Source of the DNA: Paragordius varius | Taxonomy: Eukaryota; Animalia; Nematomorpha | Direction: 5' to 3' | DNA length: 64,000 nucleotides | Assembly: GCA_964247055.1 (NCBI GenBank) | Contig: OZ176054.1 | Location: forward strand, 10,230,001-10,294,000 | Shown here: in pieces, positions 15,301 through 26,203 of the stretch | Layout: each line of letters starts with the position of its first letter | How positions within the stretch are numbered: the stretch's first letter is position 1 | Program-made: the position numbers and the translations under genes | The notes under the pieces: model-generated | The model's database searches: none | Seen by the model: the letters and a program-made list of their open reading frames with translations, nothing else | What the model was told of the DNA's origin: nothing

Positions 15301-16693
15301 TCATCAGGAGATACAGTTAAGAATTATGTATATAAAATATAAGAAAAATTAATTAAAAAATTATAAAATTATGATTAATACTACTTTTATAGAAAAAAAT
15401 AAGAGAAAAATAACAAAGAAACCGTTGTGATATTAAAAACCAAATGTGCATTTTTAAAATTAATTATATTGCTATTTCATGTTAAAACAATACAGTAGCG
15501 TATGCAGTAAAAGATTATTAGTTCAAAATAATCTTAATGAACACAAAACAGGGGGATATTATGGATAGTGTAGACAAAATCAGGGGACAATCTTGGTATA
15601 TGAAATGCGCATTTGGTTTTTGTAAAATTGCGATGAAAAATTGTAAAAATATTAGTGAAACATTATTTCCCAGATTTCTTATATAAAAATGTTAATTCAT
15701 TTCATGTAGAACATTCCTGATTTGAATTATGGATCTGTATACAAATACAATTAGAAATTGTGCAATACTATTTAAATTATTACTTGCTTTTCTCGATCTA
15801 TTTAAAACTGAATAAGCGTGAGGTGAAAAATTAAAATATTTTTGAAATTTAGGGTTTTTTGTTAAAAATAAATTACATAAGTTTACTTGTTAAATGCATT
15901 GCTTATATTATTTATTAACCTCTTATTAACTGCTAAACTTTTAGATTCCTTAATTTTTTGTAGTTTTCATAACATCTAATCTTCTAGTAACGTTATCTAA
16001 ATTGGATTCCTGTAATACATTTCTAGAAGTTTGTTGAATATTTAGTATTGTGGCTTCATTTTCCTCTGATTCATAAACATTTAATAAATTTTCAATAAAA
16101 AACATCATAAATATTTCTCACAAAAATTTTATGTATTAGCTTTTCAATACCAAATGTGCCGACCAAATGTCCTCAATTTTCATAAATTAATTATCATTCA
16201 GTCCTATTTTAAACATATCCATAATATCCCCCTGTTTTGTGTTCATTAAGATTATTTAGCACTAACAATCTTATACTGCATACGCTGTAAATTAAAAATA
16301 ATATAAAATTATTAAATTTGATTAATATCTACACTGTAAATCAGTTTGTGATTGAATTATGTGATTTTCTATATAAGTAGTATCAATCATGATTTTGTTC
16401 TTTAATTAATTTTTATTGTCATATATATTTCTAAACTGTATCTCCTGGATACCTATGGTAAAAAATTTGAGACCCAATAAATTATATTTTATTTTCTCGT
16501 TATTTTACGAAGATTTCCACATCATTTACATTACAACCCCTCGTCGTTACCACTCAATTAAATCATATATTAACTTTATATATAGATATTACCCAATATA
16601 TCGCCTTCATAAAAATCTAAGCCTTATATAAAAAAGAAAATGTTCGATAATTTGTACCCAGGCAGAAGCTGCGTGTAATATTTATAAAGCATC

Positions 16694-16739
<46 letters not shown>

Positions 16740-19533
16740 ATATAAATACCCTTTCCATACAATTCGATGCAGAAAAGATCTATCATCTCAGATTTTTATA
16801 TTAGGGATTTTTTACCCGAAAATCTTAATTATATATTTTTGGCGCCATTTTTGGCTTTTAATACCAGCTTTAGGGCATAAAATTCCCCAAATTAAAAAAC
16901 TGAGTCGATAAATCTTTTTTTCTGCATCGATTTGCAGGAAAAAGTATTTATATTATATATATTGGAAGTTTTGCAAAACTAAGCAACTTTGGTGCATTAT
17001 CAAAAAAACTTTTTTTATATATAGAATTTTTAAAGGCGATATAATGGGTAATTATATAGCGTTATATGATTGATTTAATAAGAATTAAAATCTTTTACCG
17101 CATATTAATAAATTTTTTATAATTCAAATTTAATGGCAAAGTGCGATTTTTAGCTAATATTCTTGAAAATCTTTCTGGGACCCGATAAAATTTAATATCT
17201 TTGTTGATAATATTTTGTATTTAAAATTATCCGTATGCTATATTAAAACAAATAATTAGATGACACGTTTTCATCTATTGTATATTATTTGACCTAAGAT
17301 GTGATAAAAATGCGATTTTTGATTTTGACTAATAACAGAAAAATTAAAATAACATATTATTTAGTATTTAAACCGCCTATATCATTTTAATATTCATTAT
17401 CTTGAAGCTTGTAGCTCTCTAATGATGTATGAATCAATTTATTGTTGAGCACCGTGCAGTAAGAACAAGCATCATAAATGGTTAAAAAAACATTTCAATT
17501 GGTTAATAGCGAAGCTAATTTGTTTGCGTAAAGTGACATGGAAAAATAATATTAAAGTCAATTACTATATCATAATATAATGTTCATTTTTAGTTTTGTC
17601 ACAAGTCTAACCCTAAACCGTCCTATAGCTCTTTTTTTCATTAGCTAATACCATAATTAAATTAAATACTTTCTTGATCAATTTTCATTGGTACTATTTT
17701 CAGAGCCAAAGGTACATGTGAGTATAATTTTTTATTAATAATGTCGTTTACAGTAAATTTTGCACTGCGCCAGATAATAGTGTAGGTTTTCTGGTAATAG
17801 GGTCCATAAGTTAAATGATCCAGATTATAAATGGGACTATCCACGACAAACAAGCCTAAAAAATGTATATATTATTTGCACTTCAAGTGTCCTTGAACAC
17901 TTTAAGTTGGTCCTTGAACATTTCGAGCTGGTCCTTGACACTTCAAGTTGGTCCTTTGACTTTTTTGTTACATAAATTTTAAATCAATATTAATTTTTAA
18001 TCATTGAGAAACCGTATATCTTTATTAATTTCTTAAAATTATTTTTAATATTTATATGATTTTAACACCTAATTAAAAAATATATTAATTTTCTGGGTTA
18101 TTATTTACAATTTTTCATTGAAAAATAAAAGTTAATATTTTTAAATTGGGAAAAAATCAGTTTGAAATAAAAAAATGATTTTTGAATAAAAAATTTTGTT
18201 TTTAAATGAATAAATATATAATAAATTTAGAAAATTAGGTGAAAAAATAATAAGATAAAAAAATACATAATTATGGTTAAATCAAAATTTAAAAATTTTG
18301 GACCAATTTGAAGTGTTCAAGGACCAACTTGAAATGTTCAAGGACCAATTTGAAGTGTTCAAGGGCAGTCTTGAAGCAAATGGTATAATATATATATATA
18401 TATATGATCATTAAACTTTATCAATAAACGATATTTAAATCAGCTCATAAATGCCAAGTGTTATAAACTGAAATGATATAATTAAACATAATTTATGTTA
18501 ATTGGGCTACAATTCAATAGATATCAATAAATTTCATTTAAAAATGCGTGGTAACTAAGGAAGGCTCTTATCACGATTTTTCTGGCATTTAAAATTATTT
18601 TAGTCCTTTCAGCACATATTATATGTCACACACTCAATACATAAAAGAATTCCGACCTTTAATTACATTATGAGATAGGGAGTTAAATTTTAAACCAAAG
18701 GAACTTAATGAGTTATCATTCATCCTTTAAGTTCAGATCATAAGTAAATTTTGGGCACGACCAATATTAAAAACCTTGGTTTAAAAAAAACAAGGCCTCG
18801 TGGCATTTTAAACTTTTTAAGTATAGCATTTACAGTTCGGAATCACTCTTGAAAATTCACCCTTAGACAATTCAAATTCATCCTCAAAAAATTCAAATTC
18901 CCATCGAACAATACAAATTAACCCTAAAATAAATGAGTGATTTTTTTAGATTTAAAATTATTTATATTTTTAAAATTAAATTTAATTAAAATAATACTGC
19001 AAAAATAATAAACTATGACATTAAGATATATTTCATATTAATAATCAGTTATTAGCCCGAAAACACAATTTATTTTTAGGGTGAATTTGAATGTTCAAGG
19101 GTGAATTTGAATTGTTTAAGAGTGAATTTGAATTGTAAATGGTATATTATCAAAAATTGGCTAAACGTTTTTTCTGGTTTACACAATTTTTCATTATTTA
19201 AAATATTATTTTTATAATACGCCTAACAACCATAGGTATATTTTTTAATTATACCCAATATATAATAGTCAAATTATTACAGAAATCACCTTTAAAAAAT
19301 TACCTCATATTTTCGTATTTCGGCCTAAAATAATCTGAAGACGCAAGCTTTAAAAGAAGTGCTTTGAATGTTAAATTTAATTCAGGTTTTTTCCACATAC
19401 AAAATATATGTAATTTTATTTTAAGTTAAGATTAATATATACAACTTTGTAGCATTTTTTCTAAATGCTATCTTTCAAAACACAAATTACCTTTGACGGA
19501 AAATATAAGAGCCAAGTATAAGAATAATATCAT
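1..19533 (-). CDS. Paralog 1 of a multi-exon secreted FN3-like / micro-exon protein family (3'-partial, continues past the left edge)
   Basis: Hand-spliced GT-AG exons in transcript order: 19491-19533 (MILFLYLALIFSVK), 17670-17855, 13662-13748, 13330-13386, 13183-13266, 11803-11958 (ends RRTKR), 8567-8590, 5364-5408, 4892-5035, 4344-4364, 3483-3509, 3427-3459, 3370-3396, 1952-2035, 1855-1926, 216-263, 89-148, <1-25. The frame is open throughout. Each exon matches a gene 2 exon in order, phase and usually length (e.g. EILNAVNPN identical; ELEAWL; SSDEEPDEKR; DNKQGS). Confidence 0.88.
2271..2521. mobile_element. hAT-type MITE; related copies at about 25399-25681, 37506-37754, 20240-20540 and 34590-34945
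   Basis: CAGCGGTGGCCAA...TTGGACACCCCTG termini; flanks CTATAGAC / GTTTAGAC (degenerate 8-bp TSD); GGGCCGC motifs shared with the related copies. Confidence 0.65.
3331..3362. repeat. (TA)n microsatellite; others at about 16697-16733, 47240-47285, 61222-61244 and 62282-62301
   Basis: Directly visible dinucleotide runs. Confidence 0.95.
6150..7790 (+). mobile_element. Degenerate Mos1-like mariner transposase relic, split by an inserted non-autonomous element at about 6590-7350
   Basis: Broken translations AAYRFLVDTYGE, KSGDFIVKESERS, NDSTQT, SQKAISRCLRAM, (D)EKW, then after the insert NQSGIVYY, KPG, QKRPKWARRLDKVI, QHFNNFEAVEK, LPELWAK. These are colinear with the Mos1/SETMAR-type mariner motifs LVDTYGE, KSGDF, GDEKW, DQSGVIYY, KRPEY and LPERW. 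Many stops and frameshifts. Lies in gene 1 intron. Confidence 0.75.
9327..9667. mobile_element. TACC-family MITE type A
   Basis: TACCATT...AAATGGTA termini, outer TA, inverted arrays of the ~21-bp unit TTCAAATTCACCCTTGAACAA. Confidence 0.8.
12239..12547. mobile_element. TACC-family MITE type A
   Basis: TACCATTTACAGTTC start; ...GGGTGAATTCGAATTGTAAATGTA end; same internal sequence as the other type A copies. Confidence 0.8.
14441..15010. mobile_element. TACC-family MITE type B, nested in the large foldback
   Basis: TACCATTACTTCAA...TTGAAGTGGAAATGGTA; 21-bp unit CACTTCAAGTTGGTCCTTGAA in inverted arrays. Confidence 0.8.
16742..16951. mobile_element. About 210-bp palindromic MITE; relatives at about 9940-10140 and 33760-33820
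   Basis: ATAAATAC..TCGATGCAGAAAAGAT vs ATCTTTTTTCTGCATCGA..GTATTTAT; next to a (TA)n tract. Confidence 0.6.
17870..18385. mobile_element. TACC-family MITE type B
   Basis: Same arrays and internal sequence as 14441-15010; ends AAATGGTA; sits 14 nt from a gene 1 splice acceptor. Confidence 0.8.
18824..19144. mobile_element. TACC-family MITE type A
   Basis: TAGCATTTACAGTTC...GAATTGTAAATGGTA with 21-bp inverted arrays; in the first intron of gene 1. Confidence 0.8.
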
Positions 19534-22041
19534 TGCGTGAAATAAAAATTTAATGATTTATTTTACCGAGTTCCATAGGCTCTATATCGCTATTTTCGTC
19601 GATCAATATTTGCTTTAAAAGATGAAAAAAATTACTGTTTAAGCAAAATATTTGCATTTGGGAGTGTGGCAATCTTTTGACCTTCGTTTGATTATATATA
19701 GAAATCTTCCATGTAAGTTTACATCATATTTATGCCTTGCATATAGTAAAAATAGATATTATGTCAATATTATGCCAATATTATTTTAAGAATTTTTTTT
19801 ATTCATGCGCTATCAAACATATAAAAAAATTTAGTATATAACGCTTGAGCTTTATTTACACAATAAACATATCGATGGAGCTAATTTTAGGAAAATTTAA
19901 TATTTCTTAGTTAAATAACTAGCAATTGTCATAAAATCCAAAAAACAGATTTTCAGAAATCAGCCGTTGTTACAAAATTTACGTCGTAACCATTAATAAT
20001 TAAAATATGGCTTCGAACCAGGGCAAAAAAATAGAGTGGGAACCGGCCTGATTTCTAAGAATTTAAAAATGCCTTTAAAATTCTTTAACTGGAACCAAGT
20101 GGTTTTTGAGCATGCAGAACCGAAACCAAATCCTTCCAAAATCTCAGACACCGGGCTTGTTTTCGCATGGTTCCGGTTTAAAACCGTAGAATAACATTAA
20201 ATAGAAGGTAGCAAATAAATAGATAAGAGTAATTTAAATCTCGGGCGCTTAACACAAATGGCATCGTGGGCCGCATTTCAACTATATATATCTACATTGT
20301 TAAATATTTTACTATAGAATTAGAACAAAAGACTGTAATTGCCATCATATAACATTTTTTGTCCAATTTTTGCCAATTGGATGGAATTAGTAAAAAACTT
20401 TAGAAAATATAAATTTTACCAAGATTTTGGGAGCATATTTTTGCATATGATGGATTTCAAATTTCACGGACCGCATAAATCTGTGAGGGTCATGTCTCAT
20501 GTTGATGGTATGGTTTTTTATATTGCACCTATAAAAAAATAAAAAGATTTTATATTTTTCACTACTTTTTATTATTAACAGAATTGTAAATTGTTCATAA
20601 GACTAGAGGAAATCAATATTGATTTTCTCTAATAAAAACTAGAAATTAAGTGTAATATCCCTTGGTCAACCGATCCTATGGGAAATGCGCCACATAGTCC
20701 TCTCTCTGCAATAGTATGCCGGAAAACAACCCCAGAATTAAGCTATTCATTAAAAACTTTTGCATCTAATTTTCGGATTGTCCATCCAAAATATCTTTTA
20801 TTTGAATAGAGTATTACCCCATAATAAACTGGATTTTGGGAATATGGTTGCATCATGAACCCTTTTAAAAAATATATATAATATGATATTTTAAAAAAAA
20901 TAAAAATGGATATTAACATTTTTTAATTACCTAACTTGATGATAATAATTTTCTAAGATATATATATTAAAAAAATGATTAAATTTAATATTTTAATTAT
21001 TTTTGGCTTATTATGAGAGGTCTACACGCAACTCAAAAGTTTAAGGAAAGGTTTACTCAACTTTAAACGATTATTACTTAAAAACTAGAACCAAAATTTA
21101 AATTCGGATAAGTGAATGAATAGCATAAAACTGTTGATTAAAGATTTTTATCTTGGTTTTTGATATTGTGAAAATTTATATCGCGTTTGGACAGTTCCAA
21201 TATGCGACAAAATTCTCATTGTGCTTTTGATTTTAGGTCTTATGAGTGGTGTCAGAGGGGTATCTACTTTTTTGTTCACTCCTTTATATTACAAAATGGT
21301 AAAATTTGCGATTTTGCTAAATTAAATATTTTTGTTGAAAGCTAAATGTTTCATTCCAAAAATATCACATTTATATAAAAAAAGCACAATATTTTTAATA
21401 ATATTAAATTTTGGTTGTAAAAGTACCCATCTAAAATGGGTAAGTTTTTAAACTAAACACAAAAGTACCGATGATGCGGTATGGAAATTTTAAAAGTGTT
21501 CCAATTTTAACACAAAATAACTTTCCCGAAAAAATGGATATTTTTTCTAAAATTAAATTTAAATGAAGACGAGTTTTAATTGGTTTTGATGGGTTATGGA
21601 AACAAGATTATGTTATTGGGTAAAACATTTTGATTATTGGAAATATTATATTGTTGAAAATATATGATTTATTGTTGGAACTAAATGTTATTGAGAAATA
21701 TATTTTGATTGTTGAATCTAAATGTTATTGGGTAATATATTTTGATTGTTGGAAATTTAATTTGATTGTTGATATTATATGATTGATTGTTGGAAATACT
21801 TAAATATTATTGAGTAATATATTTTGATGATTGGAAAAATCATTTGATTTTTGAAATTATATGATTGATTGTTGGAAATACAAAATTTTAATTATTGGGA
21901 ATTAATTTGGTTGTTAAAAATATATTAATGATTGTTGAAAATATTATTAAGTAATATATTTTGATTGTTGATATAATTTGATTGTTGAAAATATATGATT
22001 GATTGTTGGAAATACAAAAATATTATTATATTATATATTTT

Positions 22042-24283
22042 GGTAGACTGTTTTCGAGGTTCGTTTGTGAATTTGCTAAGATAACCGTGTCGTCTGCGTA
22101 GTGGAGAGTCGTCAGAGTGTGACCCCTTACTTTTATTCCTGGCAGATTTAGATCCCTCATGATACATTCCAAATATATGTTAAACAACATGGGGGATAAA
22201 ATGCAGCCTTGACGCAGACCTATGTTCATTGGACTCCAAGAGGTCGGGCCATGCGGGGTGTTAAGTGATAGGTAGGAGTTGGATTATATGGAATTAATTA
22301 GTTTGATTTAGTTATCGGAAACTCCTATTTGTTTAAGAGCCTTCCAGAGAATGTCCATGTCTTAGGGCTGTCGGAGACTCATATGCAACATAACTCACAC
22401 AAAATATACGACAATTCCTCGTTTTATAACTCAGGCGGTGAGCTCAAACGAAGTGGATGCTGTTTATTAATATCGAATTATCTCGCTGATATAAAAAAGG
22501 ATATATATATTTATTTAGTATAACAACAAAACCGAATAATGTATAATGATCTGCGTGTCACAATGATTCCTTATATATATTATGAAATTTGGTTATTGCA
22601 TTCACAAGGATAAAGTTGTCTGATTTAAACGTTGTTAAAGATAATAAGTATAAATAAAATAATTTGCATTCACAACCAAGGTAATATATATTTTTAACGT
22701 AAAGGACAAAAGTGTATTATGCACTAAAAAAGAGAAGGATAATTTGCGTATGAATAATAACCCTTTTACAACTCGCCAAACCCGATGATCGAATTATATC
22801 CCTAGGAATTAACACCTAACCCCTGGCTATAACAATATATCAAGTATATGCTCCCACGAGTGTCTCACCCGAAGACGAATGCGAAAAGTTCTCTGAGTTA
22901 CAAATGGTTCTCAGAAACATCCAAAAAAGACATAACTTTCATCAACGGCGATTTTAACGCTATCATAGCTAACGATAAAACAGACAAGGTCACTGGTGGA
23001 AAATACCTTGGTAAAGTCAAAAAACCCCGCGGTAAAAGGATAATTGATTTTTGCCAGCAACACAATCTTTTTATAGTGAATTCGTTTTTCAAACATCCTA
23101 ACAGACGGCTCTACACCTGGATCTCACCGTGCCGTAAATACAGGAATCAAATCTATTATATATTGGGCATGCGAAAATACAAAAATTCATTCCAAAACAT
23201 TCGATGCTACGCTAACGCAGACTGCAACTCAGATCATACCTCTTAATGGCCAAAATAAAAATTAAGCTACAACTTCCACAGCCACAAAAAAGTTTTTCCA
23301 AAACCAAATTGAACTACAAACTTTTACCTGACCCCAATCCTTAACAATAAATTTGTATCCTTAAATTACGAAACATTGAACACTAATGACCTTTGATCAC
23401 CTATTCACAAAATTACCACCGAAACAGCCAAAGAAAATATACCGCCTGCCCCAACTAATAAAAAATGTACCATATCACAACAAAGCATCGACTTAATCGT
23501 ACAGAGAAGAATAGCAATATCCAAAAACACTCCCCTTGAGTACAAAAATATTAATAATGAACTACGAAAAAGCATTAGATCCGACAAAGAGTCTCATTAT
23601 AATACAATCTGCGCTAACCTAAAGCAAGCTGCTAAACTTAATCACAACTATTTCTCTTACATTAAAGTTCAACCGCGCAAAAAACAAATGTACAAAAGTC
23701 CCATGTCTCATTCAAACGGAAAACATCTAACCGATAAGAAAGAAGTAATTAAACTTTGGGAAGAATACATGCAAAATTTATTCACAAAACACTCAAAAAT
23801 CGCTATGAATCTTGAACAAACTAATGACCCACCAATACTAAAAAAAGAAATCGAATTGGCCCTGAGGCACTCATCAACCGGCAAAGCAGCTGGATACAAT
23901 GACATCCTTACAGAGCTACAAAGGCACATTCCCATAAAACTAATTCATTCATTATTCCAAAAAATCTTCAGTGGAGTAACATTCCCGGCGGACTGGAACA
24001 AATCACTAGTGGTCCCGATATTCAAAAATCATTCTAAATTATGTGAAAACTACCGCACAATAGCATAATCAATCAAATCTTAAAGGTGTTATTAAAAATA
24101 ATACAAAATTGTCTACAAACATATGCTAACCCGGAAATCTCAATGACACAGGCAGACTTTAGAGAAAAAGAGGATGCCGAGACATGATCTCAAACATTAG
24201 GTGGATAATGGAAAAAAGTGTGAATTCCAAATGAGCTACACCTATGTTTTGTGGATTTCTCTAAAGCTTTCGATATCGTTCAT
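22042..24283. mobile_element. RTE-clade (BovB-like) non-LTR retrotransposon relic, rearranged: APE and RT N-part on plus (about 22355-24283), RT C-part on minus (about 22355-22042)
   Basis: Plus: VLGLSET, YQVYAPT, GDFNA, LYTWISP..RNQIYYI, ADCNSDH, WNKSLVVPIFK..CENYRTIA, RDMISNIRWIMEK, VDFSKAFDIVH. Minus: LWKALKQ, GLRQGCILSPMLFNIY, LHYADD. These match AP-endonuclease and RT motifs of RTE/BovB elements. Stops and frameshifts throughout; an unrelated insert of about 260 bp at about 22500-22760. Confidence 0.9.
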
Positions 24284-24899
24284 TATTAGGATATATTTAA
24301 TCTTTGGAAATATATTTGATTGTTGAAAATATATGATTGATTGTTGGGAATACTGAAATATAATAATTGTTGAAAATATATGATTGTTGTTGAGAATACA
24401 AAAATATTATTAGTTTATATATTTTGATTGTTGGAATTATTTGATTGTTGAAAATATATATTTGATAGTTGAAAACACATAAATATTATTGAGTAATATA
24501 TTTTGATTGTTGGAAATGTTTTTTGTTTGTTGAAACTAAATGAATGATTGTTGGAAATACTATAATATTATAGGGCAATAATAATTATTGGAAATATAAT
24601 TTAATTGTTGAAAATTTATGATTGATTGTTGTGAAAACTAAAACATTATTGGGTTATATATTTTGATTGTTGGAAATTTTATTTGATTGTTGAAAATATA
24701 TTATTGATTGTTCAAAATAATATTAGGTAATATATTTTGATTGTTGGAAATATTATTTGAATGTTGAAACTATATGATTGATTGTTGGTAATACTGAAAT
24801 GTTATTAAATATATGTTGGAAATATAATTTGATTGTTGAAAATTTATATTGTTGGAAGTCCTAAAATATTATTACATATTTTGAATGTCGGAAATATTA

Positions 24900-26203
24900 T
24901 ACCATTTCCCAGTCTAAACGTTTTCCCAGTCAATCGAAACGTTTTCCCAGTCAATCGAAACGTTTTCCCAGTCAATCGAAACGTCGTCCAAGTCAATCGA
25001 AACATTTTCCCAGTCAATAAAAACATTTTCCCAATCAATAAAAACGTTTTCGTCAATAAAAACGGTTTTATTTTTGATAAATATCAAAACAAGACATAAA
25101 ATTAACTTTTAACCATTATCAGCGTAATATAGGATATTATTTTTCATGAAAAAACAATTATTGAATGACAATTCCAACTATATTCGAGTGGACAATTATT
25201 AATGACTTATTCTTTAAAAGTTATATTTTTTGTAATTTGAGATGTTTTAAAGATAATATTTTTTATTTTATTGATGGTTCGCATTAATATTTGCCGAACG
25301 TTTCCAAACAGTTTTTAAATATGTCAGGTTTTTCCATAAAAATACTGTTGGAAAAAATATCTAATTTTAAAAATATTTAATAAGATATTTTACTAAAACA
25401 GGAGTGTCCAACCAAATGGCTTCGCGGGCCGCATTACTCAAAAAGCACGGTGTTCCGCATTTGATATATTTCATAAATAATTTTTCGATTAGTTATAAGA
25501 CTGTAAAATACAAAAATTTAACAATTTTTTTAATTTGTTACCAATTTAATAGACTCATTCAGAGTAATTGAGTAAGAAATATGAATATTACTAATTTTGT
25601 GGGCATATTTTTGCATATGGATTTCTAAATTTTTAGTGGGCCGCACAAAGATACTCGGCACTCCGCGTTGGGCACCCGATGAATCAAATGATAAATATTA
25701 TAAAATTAGGGTAAAATTTATGTTTAAGATCCAACATGAAGTGTTAAATGACCTTTGAGATAAAAATGGTATATTATTTTTATTTTTAATATTTCATCCG
25801 TAACTATAGATTTTGTAAGTGCCGCAAATAATGCGAACCATCAATAAAATAAAAAATATTATCTTAAAAACATCTCAAATTTCAAAAATATAATTTTAAA
25901 AGAATAAGTCATTAATGATTGTCCACTGGATTATACTTGGAAATAATATTACGCTGATAATGGTTAAGTTATTTTTATATCTTGTTTTGATATTTATCAT
26001 CAAAAATGAAACGTTTTTATTGACTGGGAAAACGTTTTTATTGATTGGGAAAATGTTTTTATTGACTGGGAAAATGTTTTAATTGATTGGGAAACGTTTC
26101 GATTGACTGGGAAAACGTTTCAATTGACTGGGAAAACGTTTCGATTGATTGGGAAAATGTTTCGATTGACTGGGAAAACGTTTATTTAGACTGGGAAATG
26201 GTA
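24900..26203. mobile_element. TACC-family foldback element type G (about 400-bp arms)
   Basis: TACCATTTCCCAGTCTAAA...TTTAGACTGGGAAATGGTA; arrays of the 21-bp unit TTTTCCCAGTCAATCGAAACG, then further inverted homology (about 25130-25300 vs 25815-25975); inserted into the satellite. Confidence 0.85.

Larger units (their letters stand above)
14250..17456. mobile_element. About 3.2-kb foldback element with arms of about 0.8-1 kb; shorter relative at about 9680-10490
   Basis: Multiple inverted matches, e.g. AATCTTAATGAACACAAAACAGGGGGATATTATGGAT (about 15530-15570) vs ATCCATAATATCCCCCTGTTTTGTGTTCATTAAGATT (about 16217-16255), and 14320-14440 vs 17290-17420. Boundaries approximate. Confidence 0.7.

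Noticed and set aside
21925-22167. Minus ORF MYHEGSKS...
   Set aside because: Alternative frame of the RT fragment running into satellite.
24833-25099. ORFs with repeating NVFPVNR / TGKTFRL peptides
   Set aside because: They are translations of the 21-bp subterminal array of element G, not a repeat protein.
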